The notes below the pieces were generated by a model that did no database searches, was not told where the DNA came from, and worked only from the letters and a program-made list of their open reading frames with translations. A stretch of 63,127 nucleotides of DNA, filler included, from Phoronis australis (taxonomy: Eukaryota; Animalia; Phoronida): the NCBI GenBank assembly GCA_002633005.1. It is 9 parts of 9 records of this genome, joined end to end, with 100 filler letters (N's around TTAATTAATTAA, not from the genome) between each part and the next. Parts side by side here need not be neighbours in the genome. Positions count along the whole stretch, not along the records: positions 1 to 13,848 come from NMRA01001574.1; positions 13,949 to 18,985 come from NMRA01002438.1; positions 19,086 to 23,370 come from NMRA01002633.1; positions 23,471 to 43,015 come from NMRA01000039.1; 5 more parts are not named here. One strand, written 5' to 3'. Shown piece by piece: positions 13,549 to 24,493 of the stretch (position 1 is its first letter; each line of letters starts with the position of its first letter). The position numbers were made by a program, and so were the translations under genes.

Positions 13549-13848
13549 TGCAGAGGCAGATTTAGGCTGTACGGGGAGCCCAGAAACATAATTTTCGAAA
13601 GAAACCCTGACCTGAAAAGCCTTTTTGTTTTTGTTTTTGGTCATGCCCTGTGTGGAACTTTTTTGTTTTTGGTCAGATCTGTAGGGAACTCTTATTTTTT
13701 GCCATGTCCGTACTGAGACCTTTTTTATTTTTGGTCATGTCAGTATGGACCTTTTTGGTTATGTCAGACCTTTTTATTTTTGGTCATATCTGTGGGTACC
13801 CTTTTGTTTTTAGTCCTGCCCATATGGGTCTGGCTCCAATAAATCCAC
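13549..13848. mobile_element. MITE of the CAG(T/G/A)GGC(G/A)GAT family with T-rich internal sub-repeats. Related ends occur near 18448, 34560, 38728, 43185 and 56123
   Basis: Repeated CCTTTTT..TTTTTGGTCA(T/G) units and recurring GGCGGATC(T/C)/GATCCGCC termini across the window. Confidence 0.5.
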
Positions 13849-13948
13849 NNNNNNNNNNNNNNNNNNNNNNNNNNNNNNNNNNNNNNNNNNNNTTAATTAA
13901 TTAANNNNNNNNNNNNNNNNNNNNNNNNNNNNNNNNNNNNNNNNNNNN
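13849..13948. other. Assembly gap with artificial six-frame-stop linker. Also at 18986-19085, 23371-23470, 43016-43115, 47490-47589, 52153-52252, 56170-56269 and 60131-60230. Plain gaps at 15224-16136 and 21776-21875
   Basis: An identical N-run/TTAATTAATTAA/N-run block of about 100 bp occurs eight times. Confidence 0.97.
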
Positions 13949-14099
13949 TATTAAGTATTCAATTTAAGTCCTTTTTTCGAAGCTCATTTATTTGAGAAAA
14001 GCTCATTTCAAATGAGAAGGTGTTCAAACTGAAAGACTAATAAAAAATTCCTAACAGTGTTTTTGAGGTAACTGGTGAAGTTTTCATTTAAAAGGTTTC

Positions 14100-14331
14100 A
14101 TTAAAATCGACCGAGGGTTATTTTGCTATGAATGTACCTTTCTTAATAATGAAATTTTGACTTTAAAAAAGGTGTTAGTGTAATAATAATTGCACATGAA
14201 TCTAAAACGTATTTTCATATTCCCTAATCTTTCTTCTTACAGAAAATGTATGCTTTTACTAGTTGACTGAGCCCGTTTTTTGATATACGAGTTAGAATGA
14301 AGGCCACTAAATAAGGTTTGAGATAACCTTA
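14100..14331 (+). mobile_element. TTAA-ended non-autonomous DNA transposon end, with a second copy at about 19150-19396
   Basis: Shared TTTTCATATTCCCTAATCTT...ACTAGTTGAC...GGCCACTAAATAAGGT...ATAACCTTAA. Confidence 0.7.
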
Positions 14332-14372
14332 ACAGCCTCCATACTCACCATGTGTTGAATACAGCTCGTACT

Positions 14373-14445
14373 GTCCCGAAGAGGGTTCGAAACTGGGACT
14401 TTCTGCTAACCGTGCAGACGCTCTAGTCCACTACACTATCGAGAC
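14373..14445 (-). mobile_element. tRNA-derived SINE head or tRNA pseudogene
   Basis: Acceptor stem GTCTCGA/TCGGGAC, A-box TAGTGTAGTGG, anticodon stem TCTGC/GCAGA and B-box-like GTTTCGAACC are present, but the T-stem is broken. Confidence 0.65.
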
Positions 14446-14640
14446 CACTGGTCAGATTACAGAAGTCCAAACATCCATGCTAAACTTGGGAGTTCATATA
14501 CATGTATACACTTGTGTTATAAATGTAACAACACAATTCTAAACATAAAGGAACATTGCGATCAAATTTGTGTTGCATGTCTTGTTGTTGATGATATAAA
14601 CTGACCTTCTGTCCCCTTCTGGCATCAACTCATTTCTTAC

Positions 14641-15010
14641 CCAGCTTAAGTGTAATTTCTCTGGGTTTAAGGAATCAGTTACAGCTTGAGACCACGAGTA
14701 CGTTCTGTAGGCTCAAGGCAGGCGAGATCATGCGCAAAGTGAGTGTTTTTTCGGGAGTAACAGGCGCTCGGGACCTACTGTAACTAGCGTACACTAGCAA
14801 AATGGCTGATCGGTCGGCGAGGGGTGAAAGTTGAACTGTTGTGCCTCAAACGAAGACTTTTTGTTGCAAATGCCTCGCCAGTGTGTGGCATCTACAGAGC
14901 GCACTCCAGTTTTAATTGGATTGTCGCTGCGTGTCATTTCAGGAGGCCGAGCTTAGCGTCAATCAATAACGTCTGTCAGTAGTTCTCGCACGTGCTGCAC
15001 AGTCGTTTGA
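14641..15010. promoter_or_regulatory. CpG-enriched promoter-like segment, possibly a MAST 5' UTR exon
   Basis: Local CpG excess, a YY1-like CAAAATGGCT at 14798 and a minus-strand donor GG|GTAAGA at 14640. Confidence 0.3.
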
Positions 15011-17759
15011 CAGATTTGTCGAAATATCCTAAATTCCACCTTCACCGTTGTTATGAAAAATACTTTGTTTATAATAGCATCATCCCCTCTTAATTGAGTC
15101 TAATGTTCACGTGACCTTCATAAATATTCCCAATACCAAATTAATGACAATCCTCTTTTATTAAATGTCGTATGCTAACTAGTTCCATTCAACAGCATGT
15201 CCCAGACAGGGAGACACTCGGCANNNNNNNNNNNNNNNNNNNNNNNNNNNNNNNNNNNNNNNNNNNNNNNNNNNNNNNNNNNNNNNNNNNNNNNNNNNNN
15301 NNNNNNNNNNNNNNNNNNNNNNNNNNNNNNNNNNNNNNNNNNNNNNNNNNNNNNNNNNNNNNNNNNNNNNNNNNNNNNNNNNNNNNNNNNNNNNNNNNNN
15401 NNNNNNNNNNNNNNNNNNNNNNNNNNNNNNNNNNNNNNNNNNNNNNNNNNNNNNNNNNNNNNNNNNNNNNNNNNNNNNNNNNNNNNNNNNNNNNNNNNNN
15501 NNNNNNNNNNNNNNNNNNNNNNNNNNNNNNNNNNNNNNNNNNNNNNNNNNNNNNNNNNNNNNNNNNNNNNNNNNNNNNNNNNNNNNNNNNNNNNNNNNNN
15601 NNNNNNNNNNNNNNNNNNNNNNNNNNNNNNNNNNNNNNNNNNNNNNNNNNNNNNNNNNNNNNNNNNNNNNNNNNNNNNNNNNNNNNNNNNNNNNNNNNNN
15701 NNNNNNNNNNNNNNNNNNNNNNNNNNNNNNNNNNNNNNNNNNNNNNNNNNNNNNNNNNNNNNNNNNNNNNNNNNNNNNNNNNNNNNNNNNNNNNNNNNNN
15801 NNNNNNNNNNNNNNNNNNNNNNNNNNNNNNNNNNNNNNNNNNNNNNNNNNNNNNNNNNNNNNNNNNNNNNNNNNNNNNNNNNNNNNNNNNNNNNNNNNNN
15901 NNNNNNNNNNNNNNNNNNNNNNNNNNNNNNNNNNNNNNNNNNNNNNNNNNNNNNNNNNNNNNNNNNNNNNNNNNNNNNNNNNNNNNNNNNNNNNNNNNNN
16001 NNNNNNNNNNNNNNNNNNNNNNNNNNNNNNNNNNNNNNNNNNNNNNNNNNNNNNNNNNNNNNNNNNNNNNNNNNNNNNNNNNNNNNNNNNNNNNNNNNNN
16101 NNNNNNNNNNNNNNNNNNNNNNNNNNNNNNNNNNNNGAACACAGAACAAGCTCTCACTTGCAGGACCAACGAGTCGGGCTGCGAGCTCGGCTGGCTTTTC
16201 CTTGTCTTTTTTTTGCAATTAAGAGAGTCGATTCGGCTAGTCTGAAAGCCAAAATCAGAAATAAAATCAATGCGATCAAATCAAATCGAAGACCTATTAA
16301 CGTTACAAATGTCGTTCTCGGCGAAGTGTAATCGTCTCGTCTGCTCTTCAGTGAATGGCAGACTCAAGCTTTTTTGGGAGAGTGCGAGGAACCGACGAAT
16401 ACGTAATTTCTTCAGTAAATACAGTTTGAAAAAACTGTGAATTAAAAACTAGCTCAACGTTACGTGGAGTATATTGCAAACGATTATACAACAGATAGCA
16501 AATAATAAAATGCGAAATTATGTCCATTCACGTTAATGTACTCCCTCCCTAAATTTAGTAGAACAGGGCCATTGTTAGCCGCTCGTGGAACTATTTCCGT
16601 GACACCGATGGCACGCTCACAATTCGCTATTTCAGATCATGTTCTTACGCCACTTTCTGTTCTTACCACCAGACTTGAGCCAGAGTAGATTCGGGTGTAG
16701 ATAAGTCAGTGTAAAGGGAAAGTCATTCAGCGACGCAATATGATTATGAAATGTGTAAAAAGCTCAAAGATACATCTAGCTATTACCACAGGTCGTGGGT
16801 CGGGGGGGTTGTGGGTCAAGGGGGTTGTGGATCTAGGGAGTCGAGGTATTGGGGGTTCAGGGGGGTTTAGAATCATCCGTTGTCGGTTGGTTCCTGCTTT
16901 TATCTTCCACGGTGAAACCAATGATGCATTAGCAGAACGAAATCATCAAAACAGGATCGGTTTCCTTTTAACTGGCCGTGGCTTACCCTGCGGAACCGCC
17001 ATGGTTTCTATTCAAGACACTGCTTGTATGCAACCGGTCTTTGGTCAAAAGTCATTGTCGAATATACACCATAGTAAGTAAATTTTGCTAATGGACTACG
17101 CGTATCGATCCATTTCTTGATGGAAAGTACACACTCTGTCTATTGGTACATTGAGCACTGCAACTACCACACGTAACCTTTCATTTTGCAAAATTTGGTG
17201 TTCCACGAGGATTCTACGGGTAGCCTTGTGTCTGAAAATTCTTATTTGCAGATAGGTTAGGTGTCTAGTCTTCCCAAACCCAAAAATTACTTCTAATCCC
17301 AATGAGAAAAATTCAGACTAGTTTCACAGTGGTAAGTGGTCTCAAGAAAAAGTTAGTTCTTTAAAAGTGGAGCACTTGGGGCAGCTTGAAATATTATATA
17401 ATATCGCGACGTTATCTTCTGTACACGTCAACACTCCTAAAGTTTGAATAAACTTTGCGGCGTTAGGAAAACCTCAATTACGTTTTCTAACTACTCAATG
17501 GAGAACTCATTCAAATTACTAGATTGATGGATGAGTATATGACCGATTTACCGACAACGTACTTGTACTTTTTCGATCATTCGGCTAAAACGCTGCAGAA
17601 TCGTTTGCTGCATGGTCAACTGGAACTTCGAGGTTATGTCTGTCCATGTACAATCATGGTTTAGCCCCAGTAAACATGAGGTTTTGGGAACAAGTCAAAA
17701 CTCTCCAAAGTAGTAATGTCTTTCACCGTCTGTGCTTATTTCCCAGTCGGCCTCAAGTG

Positions 17760-18300
17760 AATAGTTGCAACATGTCAATTAAACTGATAATTCTAGCCAG
17801 TCAGGGCGCGGTAATATGTAAACACAGCTACAATCCGCCATCTTTGTCCCACAAACATCTCCAGAAACTCGCCGAAAAGCCAGATTACGCGAGACCACAC
17901 GAAATCACGCAAGTGAAAAGCGATTGTTTCGCGAAAATGCTCGGCAACTTACTAGCGTACCGTAACGAAATGGAAGCCACTAAGACATACATGTACCTTC
18001 TGTCAAAGCACCGCCTATATATAAAGTGGTCCTGTGAGATGATGATCATTAGCACGCAAATATCCGTGTATGTGCATCAGCGCGCGTGCTGTGGTTTGGA
18101 CAAATTTGTAGTGAATTGTCTTGTCGTTTTGGTTGACGCGTTGTAATCTTGAATGTGTCAAAAACGCGAACCTGTGTAGAATGCATCGAGTTCGCTTATT
18201 CCTGTGGTGACAGCAAACGCAAGCCCTAGTGACATTCTCCAGCATCGTCAGAATGTTCGAACGTTATTTTCCAACAAGTAAGAACAACCGACTGTTGCTT
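17760..18300 (-). promoter_or_regulatory. CpG-enriched promoter-like segment
   Basis: Local CpG excess and a YY1 consensus AAGATGGCGG on the minus strand at 17835-17844. Confidence 0.3.
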
Positions 18301-19763
18301 CGTTCTGAATAGAGGACGGACATTATCATTAATTCATTCAGATGAATAACTAGATGCCAAAAGTATAAGTCACAACTTCTAGGCGTTACTATGATGTAAC
18401 TTTACTGACGTTGCAGAGCCGCCTGGGTCTCTCTACTGGGTATTGATCAGTGGCGGATCTACGGGGGGGTTCNAAAACAAAAAACGGCACCGCCAGCGTG
18501 TGTAAACCCCAAGTAAACCAACTTGGAAAAAAATGAGAGGGGGGTTCACTCTGAAAATATAGTTTTTTGCATTGTGAATTGCTGAGTCTTTGTGGCTCAT
18601 TGGCAAAACGCGCGGGGATTTATTGTGCGCGCGCTTCCGTCGACACTTCTGAAGTAGCCAAGCATTTTATATGGATTCACCGCTGAAAGAGCAGTTCTAT
18701 AGCTGATTTCTTTAGGTAACTAGCTTCTTTACTCTAAGATATGTTTTGATTTGATTAGGGGAAATACTGCGGTGCCGCAACCCTGATATTCAGGCGAATT
18801 AACGCACAACGTTTTTACCTCATCTGTCATGCCGTGTCATTCTATTACACTCCACACGTTTGTAACTGATGTATAGTAAAGTTGTCTTACAATATCATAC
18901 AGTGCACATGTTCATGTAGTATTGTGTACATGTACATGTAATATTTTTGAAAAAAATTCTTTTTCCGAAGAATTGCTATAATTGTNNNNNNNNNNNNNNN
19001 NNNNNNNNNNNNNNNNNNNNNNNNNNNNNTTAATTAATTAANNNNNNNNNNNNNNNNNNNNNNNNNNNNNNNNNNNNNNNNNNNNTAAATCCTCACCCTA
19101 ACTCCTTCATTCAATTAATAAATTGACATTTCAATGTTTCGATCTCATGCTAACGACATGCTTTAACCACCGATTCGATTTTTGTTATCCATTCCTTACC
19201 TTTCTTAAAAATAAAATTTTGACTTACAAAAGATTTTTAAGTAAAAAAATAACGGTACATCAATACAAAAAGTATTTTCATATTCCCTAATCTTTTTTCT
19301 TTCAGAAAATATATACTTTTACTAGTTGACAAAGCTTAGTTTTTTGATATAGGAGTTAGAATAGAGGCCACTAAATAAGGTCGGACATAACCTTAAGCTG
19401 TTTTTTAGTTACACAGTCCAACTGGTACAGATCTGCTTTCACTGACCTCGCATGTCAATTTCAAAAGACCTATTGTGTGAACAACATGATTTACAACTGC
19501 CCCCAAAAAATTCTAAGCCACTATGCGGACTAGTTATCTCCTCCGCGCCCAAAATGTTAAAGCCAATAGTTTTATTCACAATAGAGACTGTAACAGTATT
19601 CGCTTATCAAATGAAATTAGACAGTCGGTCAACTGTCCAGTCTGGTCTCAAGCAAGACCAGGAATAATAATGGGTAACATTAATTATACAAGTGAGATGT
19701 ATTTAAACCTAAGCTTTAAATATCATCCGTTTGGAATAACAAAAGTCGATATCCTGGTATTCA

Positions 19764-20184
19764 TGTGAGCATCTCTATGGAGTCGCTCAAGATGGTAAAG
19801 TGTCAAGAGCATAACAGCGACCAGGACACCAACGCCACACACTTACCCAACATGACAACCCGTCATCTCATATTGACTATCTCTAGGAAACTGCTGAAGA
19901 TGGCCAAGCGAGTACAAGCCATATGTAAGTGACGACCAGGACATCAATTCGACAAAATTACCCATCTTCTATATGAAGTCGTGAAGACGACAGAGTGTGT
20001 GGAACCTACATGTATCTGGCAACTTGAGGACATCAACAGTACACACCTTGAGTATCTCCATGGAAACACTACACACTTACCCAATATAGCAACCACCATC
20101 CTGTCCTTGAGTATCTCCATGGAAACACTACACACTTACCCAATATAGCAACCACCATCCCGTCCTTGAGTATCTCCATGGAAC
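19764..20184 (-). repeat. Array of duplicated Elk exon 3' ends plus 5' splice site: a young 59-bp tandem and two older decayed copies
   Basis: 59-bp units start at 20046, 20105 and 20164. Diverged copies at about 19835-19905 (SSFLEIVN...MLG|gtaagtgtgt) and 19764-19795 (SDSIEMLT) compare with the true SGSMEILK...ILG|gtaagtgtgt. Confidence 0.85.
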
Positions 20185-20389
20185 CGCTACAGACGAAGTA
20201 GATGTAACCAATGGCGTCACCTTTGTTAATGATCTGCTCTCCGGGGGCACAGAACGTGGCCTTCACCTGCAGAGAGAGGGACTTGAGGCAACCTCGGCTG
20301 GCCCCCTCAAAGATGGGAAGGGAAAGAATCTCCTTGTTCAGGTGCAGAGCGATGTCACCGCGCAGCTCCTCCGGGAAGTCACGCAACAC
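20140..20389 (-). CDS. Elk: Elk/KCNH K+ channel exon: C-linker end and cyclic-nucleotide-binding homology domain
   Basis: ttttcag|GTG...TTG G|gtaagt, 250 bp, encoding [22 protein letters not shown]...FCAPGE...[18 protein letters not shown]. Confidence 0.95.
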
Positions 20390-20526
20390 CTGAAAATCAG
20401 GGCCAAGTTATGCTCAGAAAGTTACAAATGTTACGGTGACTCCAGCAGAAAATGAGAACATGGGTGTGTTCCACAAAGACAGTTTCTCACAAGAAAATCA
20501 AAATCATGAGTGGAAGACATTTCACG

Positions 20527-20663
20527 AGTGAGCTTAATTAAGCAAACAGTAACAGTGAGCTTAATTAAGTAAACAGTAACAGTGAGCTTAATTAAGCAAA
20601 CAGTAACAGTGAGCTTAATTAAGCAAACAGTAACAGTGAGCTTAATTAAGCAAACAGTAACAG
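20527..20663. repeat. 27-bp minisatellite x5 with a 12-bp palindrome GCTTAATTAAGC
   Basis: AGTGAGCTTAATTAAGCAAACAGTAAC at 20527, 20554, 20581, 20608 and 20635. Confidence 0.95.
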
Positions 20664-21373
20664 AATGGCAGCCACAAGATGCCACTGCTTTCTGAGTCAA
20701 AAATGTCAAATGATGGGAGAAAATTTAGTCTCCAATCAATAAATGATTGATTGATTACTCGCCGCTCCGTCTAACGAGTTTATCTTGTGTTTACAGAAAG
20801 CAGCTTCACAGCACATGCTGAAGTTTGAACTCACTCATTGGCTAAGTAACAGGAATCATATGGCATGAGGGCCTGACAATCAAGGACTTTCAGTGCCTAA
20901 TTGCAGTAAAAACTCAAGGACCATTTCGCCACCATACACTACAAACATACGTCTCAAATCCTTCCAAAGAGGCAATCAAAATGTGCTTGCGAAACCAAAC
21001 ATACATCAAGTAGATTTCGATCAATGAATGGCCTCAATGGTTAAAATTCAAGGACTGTCACTGCATTTTTAGGAAATTTCCTATAATTCCAGGATTTTTC
21101 AGGTCCTTGAAACTTCGCTTTTGAGTTCACCAACACTTAAGGATGTCAAGGGCCCTTACAAATCCTCTATAAAATTAAAAAGCTAGATAGGCTATCAAGT
21201 TAACCTGGATGGAGGGCAGAGCCGCCCACAGTACACAGCCACTTACAACATTTGAAAGTAATGCAAGTCTGAGGCAAATTCATTTGGGTGATACCAAGTT
21301 GTGGATGGTAGAGTCATAAGTAAGTGAAGCACACACACACAGACAGACGAGTTATGACGAGGGTTCTGATTAC

Positions 21374-21573
21374 CTCGTTGGGGTCGATTCCATTGTTGAG
21401 TGACCATGTGGTCTGGAAAAACTCCTTCATTCTCGTCTTTAGATCCTTGGGTAGATGGTGTGTGCGTATGAAATCCTTCAAATCTTTGGTCTTGGAGTGA
21501 TATGTCTGCCGCCGTTGGTACAGTCGCTGTATGATGGCAGTCACGTTACCAAATACGGCAGCGTGCATCAGGG
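21374..21573 (-). CDS. Elk: Elk/KCNH exon: S6 end and C-linker
   Basis: cttcag|CC CTG ATG...AAC GAG|gtaatc, 200 bp, encoding [19 protein letters not shown]...[11 protein letters not shown]. Phases fit both neighbouring exons. Confidence 0.95.
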
Positions 21574-21637
21574 CTGAAGTGACACGTAAACACTGGGTTC
21601 ATGGCACGAACGACACAAACTGTGTCAAAAGCACTTC

Positions 21638-22360
21638 TGATTCCAGGGATGACAATAAGACTGGATCATGTTTGTGATTCCAGGGATGACAATAAGACTG
21701 GATCATGTTTGTGATTCCAGGGATGACAATAAGACTGGATCATGTTTGTGATTCCAGGGATGACAATAAGACTGGNNNNNNNNNNNNNNNNNNNNNNNNN
21801 NNNNNNNNNNNNNNNNNNNNNNNNNNNNNNNNNNNNNNNNNNNNNNNNNNNNNNNNNNNNNNNNNNNNNNNNNNNNTTGTGATTCCAGGGATGACAATAA
21901 GACTGGATCATGTTTGTGATTCCAGGGATGACAATAAGACTGGATCATGTTTGTGATTCCAGGGATGACAATAAGACTGGATCATGTTTGTGATTCCAGG
22001 GATGACAATAAGACTGGATCATGTTTGTGATTCCAGGGATGACAATAAGACTGGATCATGTTTGTGATTCCAGGGATGACAATAAGACTGGATCATGTTT
22101 GTGATTCCAGGGATGACAATAAGACTGGATCATGTTTGTGATTCCAGGGATGACAATAAGACTGGATCATGTTTGTGATTCCAGGGATGACAATAAGACT
22201 GGATCATGTTTGTGATTCCAGGGATGACAATAAGACTGGATCATGTTTGTGATTCCAGGGATGACAATAAGACTGGATCATGTTTGTGATTCCAGGGATG
22301 ACAATAAGACTGGATCATGTTTGTGATTCCAGGGATGACAATAAGACTGGATCATATTTG
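21638..22360. repeat. 37-bp near-perfect minisatellite, about 17 copies visible, spanning a gap
   Basis: TGATTCCAGGGATGACAATAAGACTGGATCATGTTTG repeats head-to-tail with no spacers. Confidence 0.97.
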
Positions 22361-22952
22361 CGAAAAAGTTCATTATTTCGTTATGACAGGAGTAGAGGTA
22401 TGTAATACAAAGCGATGAAAATATTGTGCAGTTATGTGTAACCATAGAAAAAGCTCAATCTCTGCAAACTTCTTAACGAATTAATTAATTAATTAAAATG
22501 GCTGGTAGGACTCAGATGAAACTTTCAGATGCCATGCTTTATGTATGCAATCTCCAAAAACGCTGTTTTGTAAAATGATCTACTTTTACTACCAAGATTC
22601 GGACATCTGGGATTTTTATTAAAAACTCAAAAGTTTCATGTAACAAAATCGAAACCACAAATTCAGATGACTGTAACAGCATTTTTTGTGATTTCACCTC
22701 AAAAACTACCAAATGAAAAATTGGTCATTTCACTGACGGTGCTGCTCTGCTATTATGTAACTTTTTTGCCTAACTTTACTAAGACATGATCACGCGACTT
22801 AATTAATTGCAGTTTGGCAAAATTAAGCGTTCTACTTTTGGAAAATATGTACTTTTGTTGGGTTATAATTCAAAGTTTTGTAGATATTTGGCTAAAGGCA
22901 TAGATATGCCGTCAAACATAGGCAGCTTGAGTCTTCCAAAAGCAAACATTAC

Positions 22953-23159
22953 CTCCGACAATCATGGCCAGGACCGAAAATATCTTCTCCCCATCCGTGT
23001 TCGCCGATATGTTGCCAAAGCCGACACTGGTCAGACTGGTCGTAGTGAAGTAGAGCGCAGATATGTACCAGCGGAACAGTGGTGCCATGTTGGTCGTGTT
23101 GAGAGGTTCCTCAGTGTCGCCATTTTCAACGAGTCGGTGCTGCATGTTGGCTATCCAGC
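22953..23159 (-). CDS. Elk: Elk/KCNH exon: S5-P linker, pore helix, GFG selectivity filter and S6 start
   Basis: tattcag|GC TGG...GGA G|gtaatg, 207 bp, encoding GWIANM...[38 protein letters not shown]. Confidence 0.95.
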
Positions 23160-24493
23160 CTGAATAAAGTACAGCAACACAGAATTGCCGTAAATCTCAA
23201 GACGGAATCTCGATATCAGCATAATTATTAGGTTAAGCGTAAAGTCATGTCATAAAATTTCACTTTGCCGAGTACAATATACTGCCTGCCAACTGTAACT
23301 CATCTCAAAGGAGTAACTGAAAGGAGACTTGAGAGGATCAAAATTATTTCAAGGGCAGCTTAGTCTACAGNNNNNNNNNNNNNNNNNNNNNNNNNNNNNN
23401 NNNNNNNNNNNNNNTTAATTAATTAANNNNNNNNNNNNNNNNNNNNNNNNNNNNNNNNNNNNNNNNNNNNGAACAACAATGGCCGCCAGTGGCCGTCCAA
23501 TAGGATTTCGCTAGGTGAAACGTCTCCCTCTCTACGGTCTCTGGACTTACCGTCCTAACGCCACAAGGGCGATAATTCCCTGAAATCCATGAAGTGTCTA
23601 CATACGGGGGGTAACGACTGAGAACGTGTGATAATCTATGTAAACCACATACTGAACGAGAAACATTGCAATGAATCAATCTTACCTTTCTCGACTCGCC
23701 TCGGCTTTGTAAATACTACGTCACAGGCCCGGGGTTGGAGGTCGCGACCTTTTAGCAAAGCGAGCTATCTTTGTCAAATAATGTTTTTGCTCAAAACCAA
23801 TTGAAAATTCAACATGGAAAGAAAGTGAATTTATGAATTAAAGTTTAGCAACTGTTATAACTTATTACACATTTTATCACGCTAAGGTTCGACCGAGAAA
23901 ATATCCTCTCAGCATAAAACTATATAAAATCCGACTTTTTTCAAACTTCAAAAGTATTTCTAAACTTATACTGGATGAGAAAATGAACATAACAGTTTCT
24001 TACCGATTGATCTGAGCTAATCTCTCATCTATACAGAGTGCAAATTCCATTGCAATGACGCTGATATTTGGCAGTAACAAGTCTTAACATACACTCTATG
24101 CGACAGGCTATCGCATATTATTTGTGCAGTTATCTCCCCTCACTTATAAATTCCTGATTGTAGCCTGCGTATTATGGAGGGCAAGATTTAGCACACGCGC
24201 ATGTTACAAATTTCTGGCGTTTATCTGAGTGATCGGACGATGTGCAGCAATCGATGATATACGACACTTGTCTCCATTATCCCTAGCCAGGAAGAGGCCT
24301 CTGGAAAAATGTAGTTTTGCAGTCGCAATTAAAATTGACTTATTGAATTAAAAAATCCAGTATATTTATATGCTCCGCAAAAGCTTCCCTACACAATTTT
24401 TCGATTTTTTGAAATATATGTATGAATTATTACGTGCACGTCTTCAAGTGCGCTTAGACAACCTGTGTTACGAAAGCAAAGACCCCTACAACA

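Noticed and set aside
14373-14445. Functional tRNA gene
   Set aside because: The T-stem does not pair and the anticodon loop is non-canonical, so it is treated as a SINE head or pseudogene.
16795-16870. G-rich tract and the Pro/Gly-rich ORFs over it
   Set aside because: Low-complexity GGGGT-type repeat. A G-quadruplex is possible, but there is no evidence of coding or other function.
21638-22360. CRISPR-like 37-bp palindromic repeat
   Set aside because: Units are head-to-tail with no spacers, there are no cas genes, and the context is a eukaryotic intron.
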